This document shows, piece by piece, positions 36,066 through 49,008 of a stretch of 64,000 nucleotides of DNA. How positions within the stretch are numbered: the stretch's first letter is position 1; every line of letters begins with the position of its first letter. The notes below the pieces were generated by a model. It saw only the letters and a program-made list of their open reading frames with translations. It had not been told where the DNA came from and made no database searches. This DNA is from Lama guanicoe (taxonomy: Eukaryota), in contig MU053376.1 in assembly GCA_013239625.1 (NCBI GenBank), forward strand, positions 2,693,078-2,757,077, in the 5' to 3' direction. Made by a program: the position numbers and the translations under genes.

Positions 36066-38484
36066 TCATGTGGTATTTGAAATATATTTTCATAAATGTA
36101 GATAATTTATTTGTAAATAAGAGAGTCCTTTCCTGCTTCCCATGAGCAGTTTAAATGCTATCCTTTGGTTGGTTATCCTAGTGTGAATCATTTTCAGCTA
36201 CTTTTAATGTATTACTTATTACTGATTTACCTAAAGGCAATCACACTAATTTCCAGATTCTTTATGTATTCTTGTCATCTTGCATGTGAAGTGTTGGAAT
36301 AGACTATAATGCACACATAACTAAATTTAACAATAATTATTATGTCATATTGCTTCATCTACTTTGTTGCATCATGGCATTTCACTATAAATACTTAAGT
36401 TTGTAATTTTCTAACAATACTTTTCCCCTCTAAGTACCACAACCATCACAACTAACAAGATAATTGGTAATTTCCTAAATTATTAGGAAACTGGTCATTT
36501 ACTGACAGTTTCTAATATGAGGAAGTTCTTTTAAGTTTCTTTACAGTTCTACAAATAGATTCGTATCCACCTACTAATTCATTCGTTTGTTAAATTCGAG
36601 GGTCTGCTCTGCCTACTCTGTGACAATCTGGGGCTTCCTGAGGTAGTGGCAAGGGTAACACTGATTCAGTTGCTCAGCAAAGTACTCGAGAGCCTACTAT
36701 GTACAGGTTACCATGTGCTATGGGCTGAGGTTATCAAATGACTACCACACAGTATCTGCCCACAAGTTGCTTATTGTCTGTAGAGTTGCATTATAGTTAT
36801 CACTTGTGCAGAACACAGGGAGTGTTTATGCTGTCTTTACTAAGTGGGTGAGTATTGGTGGGGGAGGCATTCAAGACACGGTGCAAATTGAGAAAGGACA
36901 AGTAGGTGAGGTTCGCGTGGCAGGATTAGGGGCTGAAAATAGTGCAGCAAGTTCAAAGTAGGAAAGGCTTGGAGAGAGGGTGATGGTATGTCATGTGATC
37001 AGTGTAAAAGTAAAATTTTAAATTTCAAGTATTTTATTCTACCATGATTAAATTAAAAGTTGGAAGCAATGATCACAGGTTTATAATAGCAAGAATTATG
37101 AAAACTGACCCAACAGTGTAAATTGACTATACTTCAATTTTTAAAAGTAGGAAAAAAGTTTAAAAAAAAGAAAACTAAAGGTTTGCTGAGAGAAATTATA
37201 AACTTAAACAAATGATATATCACTTCATGAATTAAAAGGCATAATGTTAAGATGTCACTTTTCCACACATTAATCTATAATCCCAGCAGGGATTTTTTAA
37301 GAAACTGATCCTCATATATACTATATATAATTTTTATTTTATATATAATTTACATATATATATATTTCTTCTCTTAATCCTCTTTTCACAGTTGTTATTT
37401 TTAAAAAGAGGTCAGAAAACTAAAGATTAAATTTCTCAGATTCCATCAAAGCTGAGAGTCTGGAGGGAAATTACGGCTATCGTGTAAAAGCCGTCCTACA
37501 GTATTTGGAGATCAGAATTCGGGCACAGTCCAAATTCCTCCTACTGCTTCTACTTTCAGAAAACTGAGAGAGCAGACAGAGGTAAATGTTTGTGGTGGCT
37601 CTTTTCCACTTTCCTCTATCTAGTCATCAACTTCATGAGAATAAAAATCTACCGTGAAAGATAGATCTGACCTGCAGATCATGACTTCAGTGATGTGGCC
37701 TTGGAGTTAACAGTCTAGAAATGGTTCTCTGACTTCTAGCCTTCCCAGCTCTTCTTTATTTATTTTTCTGAAACAGAGAGATTTCTGTTTTCTGCACTGA
37801 AATGTGACTAATGCAATGTTCCACAAGTCTTAATTATTTTTGTGTTAATCTATTTCTTTTTCTTTTCTATAAATTATGGTTTACCAACCCACTGATTCTG
37901 TCGTAACCTGTATCCACTATAAAGGTAATATAATTAATTGAAATTGCAATTTTAAATGACTACATTGTCCACTTCTAAGATTTCTAGTTGTTTCATATTT
38001 GACAGTCTGGGCTTCGCACCTGACTGTTGTTTTAGTTTAGTTATGAATGCATGTTTATCCTTCATTAATTTCCCCCAAATGTTTATTTTGGTGTTTTTAT
38101 CATAGTTTTTTATTAAAAAGAATTTCATCCGTAGTGAATTCCTGTCTAAATGTTGACTTCTATTGGCAGTCTCTTCTAACATTCCATTTTTTCACATTTT
38201 GCATTTGTGATTTGCAATTTTTTAAAAAAGATAGCCTGTCTTAATATACCAGCAAGTAGGGACTTCTCCCTCAAAATTTCTGAACACTCTTTTTTTTTAT
38301 TATTTTTTTAGTTTTTAGTTGAAGATTCCCAATGTGTATTTAAAATACAATTTATAAAAGTTGCTAGATAAAGTGAAGCAATAACAAATTCTGCATAGTG
38401 CATCAGAGCATATCCAATATCCTTTAGATAAATACTAAATTTGATACGTTTCAACATGTACATATTTAACAAATACTCTATTTT

Positions 38485-38945
38485 TTAAATTAAAGTTTTT
38501 ATTTTGAGATTATTGTAGATTTACATGTTATTCAAAGAAATAACCCAGAGGGATCCCATGTTCCCTTTACCAATTTTTCTCCTATGGTGACATATTGCAG
38601 AACTATTGTACAATAGCATACCCAAGATATTGACATGCAATCCATACATCTTATTCAAACTTCTCAGTGGTCCTCATCTAGTTTTGTGCAGCACTATCAC
38701 ATGTAAATTCATTTCTCTAACACTACAGTCTAGATACAGTGTAAGTTTCATCACTACAATGATTCCCTCCTGTTGCCCTTTTACAACCACACCCAGCTCC
38801 CGCCTGCCACCCCTCCCTTGCCCCTTCATCCCTGTCTGCGGCAGCCACTACTTTGTTTTTCATTCTGTATATTTCTCATTTCAAAAATGTCGTATAATGG
38901 AGTCATACAACATGTAACCTCTTAAGATTGGCTTTTTCATCCAAG
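38485..38945 (-). mobile_element. L1MC-type 3' end
   Basis: ttttattttgagattattgtagatttacatg...aagaaataacccagagggatcccatgttccctttacc...tataatggagtcatacaacatgtaacc. Confidence 0.75.
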
Positions 38946-39354
38946 CACTTTCTCAATCTGCAGTCGTTATGTTTGAAGACTGCTTTTACCACTTCATCAA
39001 GTTTCTTCAACATTCCATGCCTGAGTTTTCTCACCTGTAAAATGGGGATAACAATGTCTATCTCATAAGGTTGTGTGTAGTGTGGAGTATTACCTGTCCC
39101 AAAGCAAGTTGATCCTGCCAGTGTTATTGTTCACTTGACTCACTTGCCACGTTGGATTGTGAACATATGGCAGCCCTCTTCTACTGACCCTCTGAGAAGA
39201 CCCTGGTCATTGCTACCTTGAGAGTCATTTTAAGGAGGATACCAGAGACTGAGCTGCCCTGGAAAAGACCTTTGAACTGAAAAGTTGATTGTTATTTAGA
39301 AGAAGGCGCTAGAAGAAGGTGGTGCCTGTATGGGGCTGGCTGTGTCCTGCTGGG

Positions 39355-39514
39355 AACCTGGGAGCACCTGTCAGAGAGAAGATTGCAGGGAACATGCCAT
39401 CAGAGAAAGGAATGCTGAGAACAGGCTGTCAGAGAAGAATGATGGGAACACCCTCAGAGGAGAGGATGCCCCTCGTCAGAGAGGGATGCTGGGAACACCT
39501 GTCAGAGAGGCGGT
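39355..39514. repeat. Degenerate ~27-bp minisatellite (about 6 units), probably inside an LTR relic
   Basis: Recurrent ctgggaacacctgtcagagag(r)gatg unit. Confidence 0.7.
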
Positions 39515-39629
39515 AAATTTTTAAAAGTGGATTTTCATTTTTGTTTCATTCTCCTGTAAACTGTATTAATGTCATAACTCCTCACCCCTTCCATTTCAGA
39601 CTTTACCTGGACACCCGTTGCTAGGTGGC

Positions 39630-40620
39630 TTTTCAGTACCTCCCGCTATAAGAGGCATAATGAACTTTCCCACTCCACTGATACTGAGGGAGGCTGTATG
39701 ACTTGGCCAGCAGAATGTTAACAAACATAATGGAAGCAGGCACTTTAAATGCCTTACCTGATTTGGCATGGCCTCTTCTGATCATATTATCAACCGTGAG
39801 AGGAAGATGCGCTGGGTATCTGCATGAGCCAAGGCTTGGGAACAAACTGGAGCCAGACCTGAAGCCTGGAGCTAATCCTAGCAAAACCCCATCCAGCCTC
39901 CTGCTTTGCAACTTTAAAGAAAGGAAAACAGTTGGCTTTGTAAGCCACTAAGATTTGGAGTTATATTACAGCAAAGATTGACTAAGAAATTTATACTTAG
40001 CAGGTTTCTGCTGTAAAAAATCCTAAAACATGCATCTATTAAAGGAGGCTGGAAACATAGCAGCCCTGAAGTGGTGACGCATTAGATATCACTCTCGCCT
40101 GACATAATTTGGAAGACAGATATGTACCCATTCAACTTGTGATGCTGAGCAAAGAGGGTTTGTGGCAGAATTTTTATAATATAAATGGTTACTATTTCTA
40201 TATGTGACAAGAAGAAAAAGATACTTTCAGACTTTAGCTGGCCAGTGTGCACATAGAATTGAAAAAAATATATAAAGAGCCCAGAATGTCCAAAACTTGT
40301 AGGGTAGGGAAATGGAACTAGTTCTCTTCTCCAAATAATAGAAGCTAAAGTTAAGAAAACTTGGATTTAGAGTGAATCTAAGACATAGCCTTGCATCAAA
40401 GACCAGTGCAGGGGTGTTGTCATCACACTTTATTAAGACCTCTGAAAGGATGAAGGTAATACCTAGCAGATGGTTTTATCTTTTTGAACAGATTTGGATG
40501 GCATGGACACAAAGAAGCCTGGTTTACCCAAAGAGGAGGCGACTAAGAATAGATAGATATTTCAAAAAGAATTATGAAACCCTTTGTCATACTGGTGTTC
40601 CATACTCTCCACTAGACCAA
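39630..40620 (+). mobile_element. MaLR (MLT1-type) LTR plus internal fragment
   Basis: tgtatgacttggccagcagaatgt...tttgtaagccactaagatttgg...acagcaaagattgactaa, followed by MLT-int-like ggaggctggaaa...atttggaagacaga. Confidence 0.6.
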
Positions 40621-42959
40621 CCTATAAATGTGTAAAGTGGTGCTAGAGTAAGATTTCTTATGTTAAATTACCTTTCACAGGGTTTATGCTCGGCTGGCCC
40701 AAACATCTCTTTCTGTGGGACATCAATAAGGGCTTAGGAACCCTGTACACTCTGCTCTCACTTTGATTTCCGTATTGTTCTAAGTCTCATTGTAGTCAAC
40801 ACCATTTGTCACTGGTGGTGTGGATCTGCCCCAGGGAGGCTCTTCCTTGTTCATTTCCCTCCATGCCCACTTCAGAACGACCATGAATGGAGGTCAGGGT
40901 CTATGTTCTCCTTGGGGAATGTACAGCTTTTGAAGCCCTTTTCCTGCACATGAAATATGGGGCACCCAAAAGCTTGAACGGTCAAAATCCTCCTAAGTCC
41001 ATGTTCTTAATCTCTCTGACTATGCGATCCTCTCAAAAACCCAGTAGGCTTCTCGTCTATTTGCTTCTAGTGCACGCCATGGGACAGTTGCCACCACCAA
41101 GTAATTTGCTAAATAGAATTCTCAAGCCTGAATTGTCTCTTTGCCTCCTAGTCACCCGGTCATTCTTTCACTTATTTCTTTAGATTTTCATTCAGGACAG
41201 CTTATCTCCTTCTGTACTTGGTTGCCTTTGAGTGTGCTGCTCATTCCTCTTTGTAAAATGACTTGTTGGGATTCCCCAAAGCATAGGGTGGAGATACTTC
41301 CCTCCAGAGATAATTTTTCCTCTATCAGATATATTTGGCAGTATCGTTTGGGCACTGCATGATTTAAGAGTCGTATTTAGAGCGTGGAATTTCCTGACAC
41401 ACCCAGGTCATGGAAACTTTGGCTGTGAATCCTCACAATGATTGGGAAGTGGCTACACATTCTCGGGGTTAAGTTTTTATATTTCTATTCCTTTTAAATT
41501 TCTTCTGCTTGATTCAATACTCTGGTAACCTTCTCTGCAGTCCTCTGGGTTTGGGTTCAGAAAAGGCTGATTAACTTTTGGTTCATTCTAAGCCTGAGGG
41601 TGGACTCCTTTGCATGTTCAAGGCAGTGCTGGGACAACTTCTGGGAAATGCCCCCAGGGCAAATTTAATTTTGTTAATGATATCCCCCCTTTCTTTTCTG
41701 GGTTCAGTTTTTCTCCTAGAATATTCTCTGACAATTTCCACTCTGTCCACTCTGTCTGTTGGCTCATCAATGGATTTTAAGATAAATTTTAATTTTTTTA
41801 ACCCAGTTGTCTTTGGTTGCTTTTTAGAGGGTGAAAAGTCCAAATGTCTTAGGCCACCATTATTGAAAAATAGAATCCCTAAGCACAATATATACTCTTG
41901 TCATATATACCTATGAAAAATGTAATGTTGAAAGCAAAAAAGAGGACATGTCACAAGGACAAAATACATGTAATTTAAAATAATAAGTCCAAAAAAGATA
42001 TATATGTAGTTCATGAATACTTTCATGTATATTAAAATCTTTATAGTTAGAGTCAGAGGATAAGGACTTACGATGTAAGGAACACAAAGGACAAATAGAA
42101 ATAGAAATGAGTAGGAGTCAGAGAGTGCTTCAGCTTTACCTGTAATGTTTTATTTATTTTATTAAAAAGGAAAAAATTTGAAACATTTGACAAAAAATTT
42201 AATCTACCTAATTTGAAGTTATGGGTACATGAGTGTTTGTTATATTTATTATTTTATACTTTTATATATTCTAAGTTTTTTCTCAAAATGTGAAATAAAA
42301 GGAAGATAGCCTTTTAAAATCTCATTTATTATTTTTACAAAATGATTTCTGTTTTTATTTCTTCTGTGAACTCTCTGTTGTTCTAAATGGATGACTACTT
42401 TTTGATTCATATGTATATATATATATAGCTATTGCAACATTTCCTTGTAATTCTGGATTTTTTTCTGGTAAGCAAGAACCTGCTTTCCTGTGGCCATGAT
42501 TCATGATCCCAGGTGTCCTGTGCTGTGAACAAAAGAGTCAATGTTTTGATATCATTTCTCTGATTTCACTTTTCATTTTCAAGATTATCTCTTGAGAGGG
42601 AAGCAGGGAATATAAGAACTTATTTTTGCAAGTTAACATTCCTTTTAAAAATATTACTTTAAGGACACAATTTGATTTCAATTTTTAAATTTCAGCTGAA
42701 TTATTCAAATCCTTATTCGTAATGGAAGCATGTGTCTCTCTGTGTTCATTAGGGACGAGATACCCTTTGTGCATTCCTTTATAAATGAGCATATTGTTGA
42801 TTAGTTACTATGTAACTAAATACCGTGAAGAACAGGAAGAAACAGGATGGATGAGAGAAAAATCAGGGTGATAAAAGAAAGACTTGAGCTTTTGTATCAG
42901 AGTGTGCAACCAGTAGTTTTTATTACTGTTTTATAGCTAAGAATAAATTTTTATTGCTG

Positions 42960-43432
42960 TCTCAGAATTAGTTTCAACTGCATAGAATAGAAAACAAAGA
43001 TAAAAATGGCTTAAGTAAGATGGAAGTTTATGTGCTTCTTATATAAACCAACTTCAGAGGAAAACAGTCAAGACTGGTACCAAAATCGTTACAGACCCCA
43101 GTTTATTTTGTCTTGTTTCTCTGCCGTCCTCAGTCATAATTTCCATTTATGATCCAAGACGGCTGCTGAAAACACAAAGATTATGTCTGCGTTACAGAGA
43201 GAAGACATTAAGAAAGAGCAGAAAGGGTATACACCTCTTCTTTTAAGGTCACTTTCTGGAAATAACACATACCAGTTCTCCTTTTATCCAGTTGACCTCT
43301 ACTTAGTCAAAAGCCCATAGCAACTCAATGGGGGCTGGGAGGTACATTGTCTATTCTATGTGGCTCTGTACTGATGCAGAAATAGAGAGTTCTATTCAGA
43401 AGAGAGAAGAAGAAAATGGTTTTTGCAACCAT
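42960..43432. mobile_element. MLT1K-like LTR relic
   Basis: agtttcaactgca...aaaatggcttaagtaagatggaagtttat...ccaagacggctgctg...cttagtca pattern. Confidence 0.5.
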
Positions 43433-45608
43433 TCTGTATGCAGTTGCTTTCATGAGTGTTTTGAACTTTAGAATCATTTTTTTCCTTGAAAGCTCTGTTG
43501 GTATTATGCTATTATTTTACTGTGTTTAGAGTTACAAAGGGGTAATTTTTTGAAATTTCATTATTGGAGGATAACTCAATTAATTTGCCTGGATGCTTCT
43601 TGTATCTTTTCTTTATCCTGCAAATTTGGAAGTAATATCTGGATATGTGCTTTCATCTTCATTAAGTTTTCTTGGAACACAATGCTCATTATTAATTTCC
43701 ATAAAAACGGAGTGGAATTAGATATAAAGTTCACAGTGGTGATAAATTTGCCATGGAATGTGAAGGAATAAGCTGTGTCATGGGGCTCTTTAACTCTACT
43801 GTGTTTGGAATATTTCCAAGATCTTTGATTTTCTCCTGATCTTGGCCAGACAGATCATCCACCTTTTCTATACACATTTCTTCTCCAAAGAGCATAAAAT
43901 CAGTTGATTCTGTTTCCATTGAAAAAATTATATTTAAATTCAAGACTGGCAAGATCACAGAAGTACTCCTTTGTGATATAGATTTTTTTTGTTTTGTTTT
44001 GTGGATTGCTAAATACTTTAATGATATATTTACAGACTTTTTTTTTAAAGTTATACTTATCCGTTTTATGGGGCTATTTTTCTACCTTAAATCTGAGTCT
44101 AGTTTTGTTTTTCTCCTTTTGAAAGGGTAGTCATCATCTACTTGCCACTACATATGACAATCTATAGCCACCCTTCATTCTCAGCCATCTGATAATACAG
44201 ATTGTTTAGGATCTTTTCTTTTCTTTTTGTTATTTTAATGAAAATTTGTCAGGGGGTTGGGAAGCTTCTGAAGGCTTGACACCACTTTACCTGGTGATCA
44301 AATAATTTTTTTCTTTTCATTTAAATGAATTTGAACTTTATTAATACATTTAACAGACACATAGTTGTAAAAAATAGTGCTAAACCTTAAATTATTTATT
44401 CTGTAATGCTTCATCTACATATGCATTCCTCAAATGCTTTAATAATATCCCACCATGATGCTTTCACTGGGGTCTATTGCTTATAGATTAAGAATATAAA
44501 CCAATCATAAGATTCACAGAAATTAATGATTTACTAAAGATATGTTATTCTTTCCTGTTATCCAAGTGTAAGCTTGTAAAAGTGTAAAATTTTTCCCCAT
44601 ATTACACAATTAGAGAAAATTGACATTTGTCATTAATAAAACTATGCAATATATACTATATAATTCAATATTTGTGGAAAGAACACTGTCACTTAACTAT
44701 GTGATGAAAAAACAAACACCCTTGCACACTTACACAATGACATGATTGCTTTCTTTCTGCCTCCACTTGACTAAATATAACTATGAGGGTATGGGACTGT
44801 TTTTCATTCTATTGTTCATTGCATAGATAGAGCCTGGCACATATTATCACTAAATATACACTAGTTTAAAAAATTAACTCTTTGACAATGAAATTTGAAA
44901 ATTTAGAAAAAAATCTTAGTAAAGCATAAATGACAAAAATTTGACCCAAGAGGACAGAATGCCTCAAAAATACCAAAAAACTTAATTAGAAAGACTGTTA
45001 ATTTCAAAAGGCACCAGTTTTAAGACCAGATGGTTTTTAAGTGAGTTCTTATAAGTTGTTTGCTATTATTCAAAGTATTCCAAATCATAAAAAAATTGAA
45101 AAGCTTCCCATTTCACTTTGTAAAGTTAATAAAAAATAACACTTCACTAAGATTGTATGAACAATTCTTGCAATTGCAGTTTTGTTTATGAATATAAAAA
45201 AGTTCAAGAAGGTGCTAAAGAGGTAGGCTGAACCCTCCCTGACTCTCAATAAATATAGACTCTTTTGGAATGAAAGTTTTAAATAATGACTTGTGAGATG
45301 TTAAGGATTGAAGAAGTCTGCAAAAGGACAAAGAAAAATCATTCCAAAAAGTCTCATCAGCAGAGAAGGAAAGAGAAAAAAAGGAAGGAAGAAGGAAGTG
45401 TTCCAGAGATCTCATCTAGTTGATGTAGGAAGTAATTTGGGCTAATGCAGCTGTATGGGGAGAGACATATATTCATATATCTCTGCCTTGAAAGTGGTCT
45501 TATGAACAATGGAAAAGATGGAAACACACAGCTGATCTTTGAGAGAACGAATGAGATGAATCTATACAAACAAAAAAAAAATAGAAGAACAGGGAAAAAA
45601 GTTAAAAA

Positions 45609-45729
45609 GAAGGAAGGGTATAATTCAGTGGCAGAGCACATGCTTAGCGTGCACAAGGTCTTGAGTTCAATCCCCAGTACTTCCATTAAAAAACAAATAA
45701 ATAAACCTAACCCCCTCTCCCCCAAAAAG
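45609..45729 (+). mobile_element. Vic-1-like tRNA-derived SINE (camelid)
   Basis: gggtataattcagtggcagagcacatgcttagcgtgcacaaggtcttgagttcaatccccagtac; TSD aaaaagttaaaaa at 45596-45608 and 45730-45742. Confidence 0.85.
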
Positions 45730-46122
45730 AAAAAGTTAAAAAAGGAAACAAGAATATAAAACAGGTAACAACAAAATAAGTTACAGGTGTTGCAGAAAAT
45801 GTGAATGGATTATCTTCTCCTTCCAGTACTCTTCTTCCATTAAAGCGCTCAGACTGGTGGTTTGGGCTAGAAAACAAAAGTTGTCTACAAGGGGCACAGT
45901 CACATCAGTAAAGAAAGGTGGAAAATAGAAGGATGGGCAAAGATAAAATTTAAGGTTAAGAATGATTATAATAGGCAAATTTTATGAAAAAATAAAACAT
46001 TCATAAATATGGAGACATCGAAATACATAGCAGCTATCTAAATACATAAAATTTTTAGTCATTCACGAAGTTTGATAAAATACAATTATGACTGGAGATT
46101 TCAATATATCTCTGTCACAATC

Positions 46123-46132
46123 ATAGATAGAT

Positions 46133-46171
<39 letters not shown>

Positions 46172-46172
46172 G
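46123..46172. repeat. (GATA)n tetranucleotide microsatellite
   Basis: Read directly. Confidence 0.95.
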
Positions 46173-46832
46173 ACAGATATAGTAGACAGAAAGAAACCCA
46201 GGACATAGAAAAAGAATCTTATATCACTCAAAGAGAGAATATGATGGTTTTCCTCTGCTCTAAGACACTTTGATGCTGGTGCTGTCTTGGCTTCTTGATC
46301 TTACTGGAATGTGTAAACTGAGTGTTTTACACAACTGCATGACCAGTGCTGTGGACTGACAGCCATAAAGAGATGCATTTCAATTCCAGAAACATCCAAA
46401 TGTGGGTGGAAATGTGTTTTAGAATTAAAAAAATAGGGGTTTTTTTGTTTGTTTTTCTTATGTCCATGAAACATTTGTACATGACATCATATACTTGGTC
46501 ACAAAGTATATTAGCTTTTAAAAAATGTTCCATTAATAAATAGGAAATGATAAGAAAAGATAAGGTGATTATCAAAAGCTTTACTTGAAAATGAAGAAAC
46601 ACCCTCTTAGATCACCCTTATGTCAAAGAGAAAATTGAAAAAAAAATTTAGAAAACAATGAAAATGGTGATTAATTAGGGCACAAAGCCAATAATAAATA
46701 GTGAATGTCAAAAAAAAGAAAGAGAATAGTGAAAAGAAGAACAATTTTCACCAAACAATGTGGAACATAGAGAAAACTGTTTTTTGTAGATTTTAAATGC
46801 TTTTATTACTAAGGAAAAAAAGATTAAAAATA

Positions 46833-46985
46833 AAGGTTGGTGAACACTTGGTGATGCGGGGAGAATGGTGCACCTGGAGAGGGCAGGGGCACTCCATGCT
46901 CTTTCACAGTCCCCTGCCCCATGCTTCTCTCCCAGCTGGTTGTGCCTGAGCTGTACCCTTTTATAATAAACCAGTAATCTACCAA
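46833..46985 (+). mobile_element. MER21-like ERVL LTR fragment
   Basis: ggttggtgaacac...ggtgcacctggagagggca...tgtacccttttataataaaccagtaat. Confidence 0.6.
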
Positions 46986-47379
46986 GGAACGCTGCTGGAG
47001 GTGAAGCAGAGTGAAAGTGGAAGGGGAAGTAGCAATGACTACATCCCAACACAGGAAACTGTGGAAAAAGGGACTCCAGTAGGAGCCAAAATGACCTCCC
47101 ATAATGCTAAAAACTGGGGAAAGAGCATCTCCAGCAGGAGACATAACAAACAGACATGCTGGTAGGATGCACGAGACAACAGCCTGTTCCTCCCACCTTG
47201 TATTTTGAAAAATAGCTGGCCTCACTTAAAGATTAGTAAAGATAGAAAGAAAAAGCAAGCAACCTAAGCATGGATACTGTCTCTTCTCAACCTCTCCAAC
47301 TCTATCAAAGAAAGATCAAGAAAATAGTGGAGGAGTTCAGATAAATATAGTTCTTTTCAATCTTAAAGAAATTATAATA

Positions 47380-48000
47380 ATGTGATCTCTAAAAGAGAAG
47401 TCAAAAGAGAGATTTTAAGCCAACAGAAAACATGTACGGATAATGATATAAGCAAAATGGCAGAGCTTTGGATTAAAAAGAAGATAAAATAAAAATAGCC
47501 TCCTTAGTCATACTAAAAAGTAGACAGAACAGAAGGGAAAATATAGTCATAATTGTGGTAGTTAGTCTTGAAAAGGCATCCAAAACAACATAAAAATGGT
47601 ACCATGATTAAAAAAAATACCTGAGAGATGACAGACGTGGAAGTCAAAAAGAGATCTAACATATGCATAATTATTGATTCAGAAGAAGAAACAGAACAGG
47701 AATAATTTTTTTCAAAGCTTTAACAAGAAAAATATTTATTAACAGGAAAAAAGAAACCCTCAAATAAAAACTAGTCTGAAAATCAAAAAGGCAAACTGTG
47801 TCCCAGGAAAAATATTATAAAGATAAATAAATTCAAAACATATTCTGGTAAAATGATTTCAAGTCAAGATGGACTTTCTGGGCGATTAGGAAGAAAAAGC
47901 AAATTATACATAAGGGGGAAAATCGGGCTGGCTTCAAACTTCTTCATAGCTACAGTCAACATCAGAAAAGAGTAGTTTAGAAGTTCTAAGAGAAAAAAAT
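47380..48000 (+). mobile_element. Degraded L1 ORF1 region
   Basis: agatctaacatatgcataatt...gaagaagaaacagaac, aatcgggctggcttcaaacttcttcatagc. Confidence 0.6.
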
Positions 48001-48002
48001 AT

Positions 48003-48397
48003 TGCTATAGGATGAACTGTGTTCCCTTAAAACTTATTCTAGTCATTTTGTTTTTTTTTTGATGGAGGTCCTGGGGATAGAGGTGCTGGGGACTGAACCT
48101 AGGACATTGTACATGCTAAGCATGTGCTCTACCCATCCCCTTCTCAAAACATATATTGAAGTCCTAATCTACATCAGTGTGACCTCATTTGGAGATAGAG
48201 TCTTTACAGAGGTAATCAAGTTAAAGTAAGGTTATTAGAGTGGAACCTAATTCAGTATGACAGGTGTAATTATAAAAATGGAAAGTTTGGACACGGAAAC
48301 AGGAGAGAAGATGCAGTGAGAAGACAGCCATCTGCAAACCAAAAAGAGGGGGAACAGATTTTTCCCTCACAGCTCTCAGATAAAGTCTATCCTGCTG
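48003..48397 (+). mobile_element. MLT1-type LTR 5' part (resumes at ~49238-49301 and ~49759-49821)
   Basis: tgctataggatgaactgtgttccc...atattgaagtcctaa...gtgacctcatttggagatagagtctttacagaggtaatcaagttaaa; continuation ctcagacttccagcctccagaactatga...ttgtttaagcc. Confidence 0.75.
48045..48142 (-). mobile_element. Vic-1-like SINE nested in the MLT1 LTR
   Basis: Poly-T then gaggtgctggggactgaacctaggacattgtacatgctaagcatgtgctctacc (antisense tRNA-like head). Confidence 0.75.
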
Positions 48398-48875
48398 TTG
48401 CTGAAAAATTGGCCTCTGAACCCCAGTAGCCAAATTGAGACTGGAAGCAGAGTTTGGGGACAACTGGGAAAGGACAACTTTATTGCTTTGCCAGGCAAAG
48501 GGGAGTCATAGCAGGCTAGTGCCTTAGTGACTGTGAGTCCATCTTGGGGTTGGTGTCCTGAGGTTTTACAGAAAAACCAGATTGGCCAGAAAGGTGACAA
48601 CAATCAGGGTGTTTTTCCAGATGCTGTATCTTTTTTTTTTTACAGTAGCCAAATTGAGACTGGAAGCAGAGTTTGGGGACAATTGGGAAAGGACAACTTT
48701 ATTGCTTTGCCAGTCAAAGGGGAGTCATAGCAGGCTAGTACCTTAGTGACTGTGAGTCCATCTTGGGGTTGGTGTCCTGAGGTTTTACAGAAAAACCAGA
48801 TTGGGCAGAAAGGTGACAACAATCAGGGTGTTTTTCCGGATGCTGTATCTTTTTTTTTTTTAATCTTGATGAATA

Positions 48876-49008
48876 NNNNNNNNNNNNNNNNNNNNNNNNN
48901 NNNNNNNNNNNNNNNNNNNNNNNNNNNNNNNNNNNNNNNNNNNNNNNNNNNNNNNNNNNNNNNNNNNNNNNNNNNNNNNNNNNNNNNNNNNNNNNNNNNN
49001 NNNNNNNN
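48876..49008. other. Assembly gap (133 N)
   Basis: Run of N. Confidence 1.
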
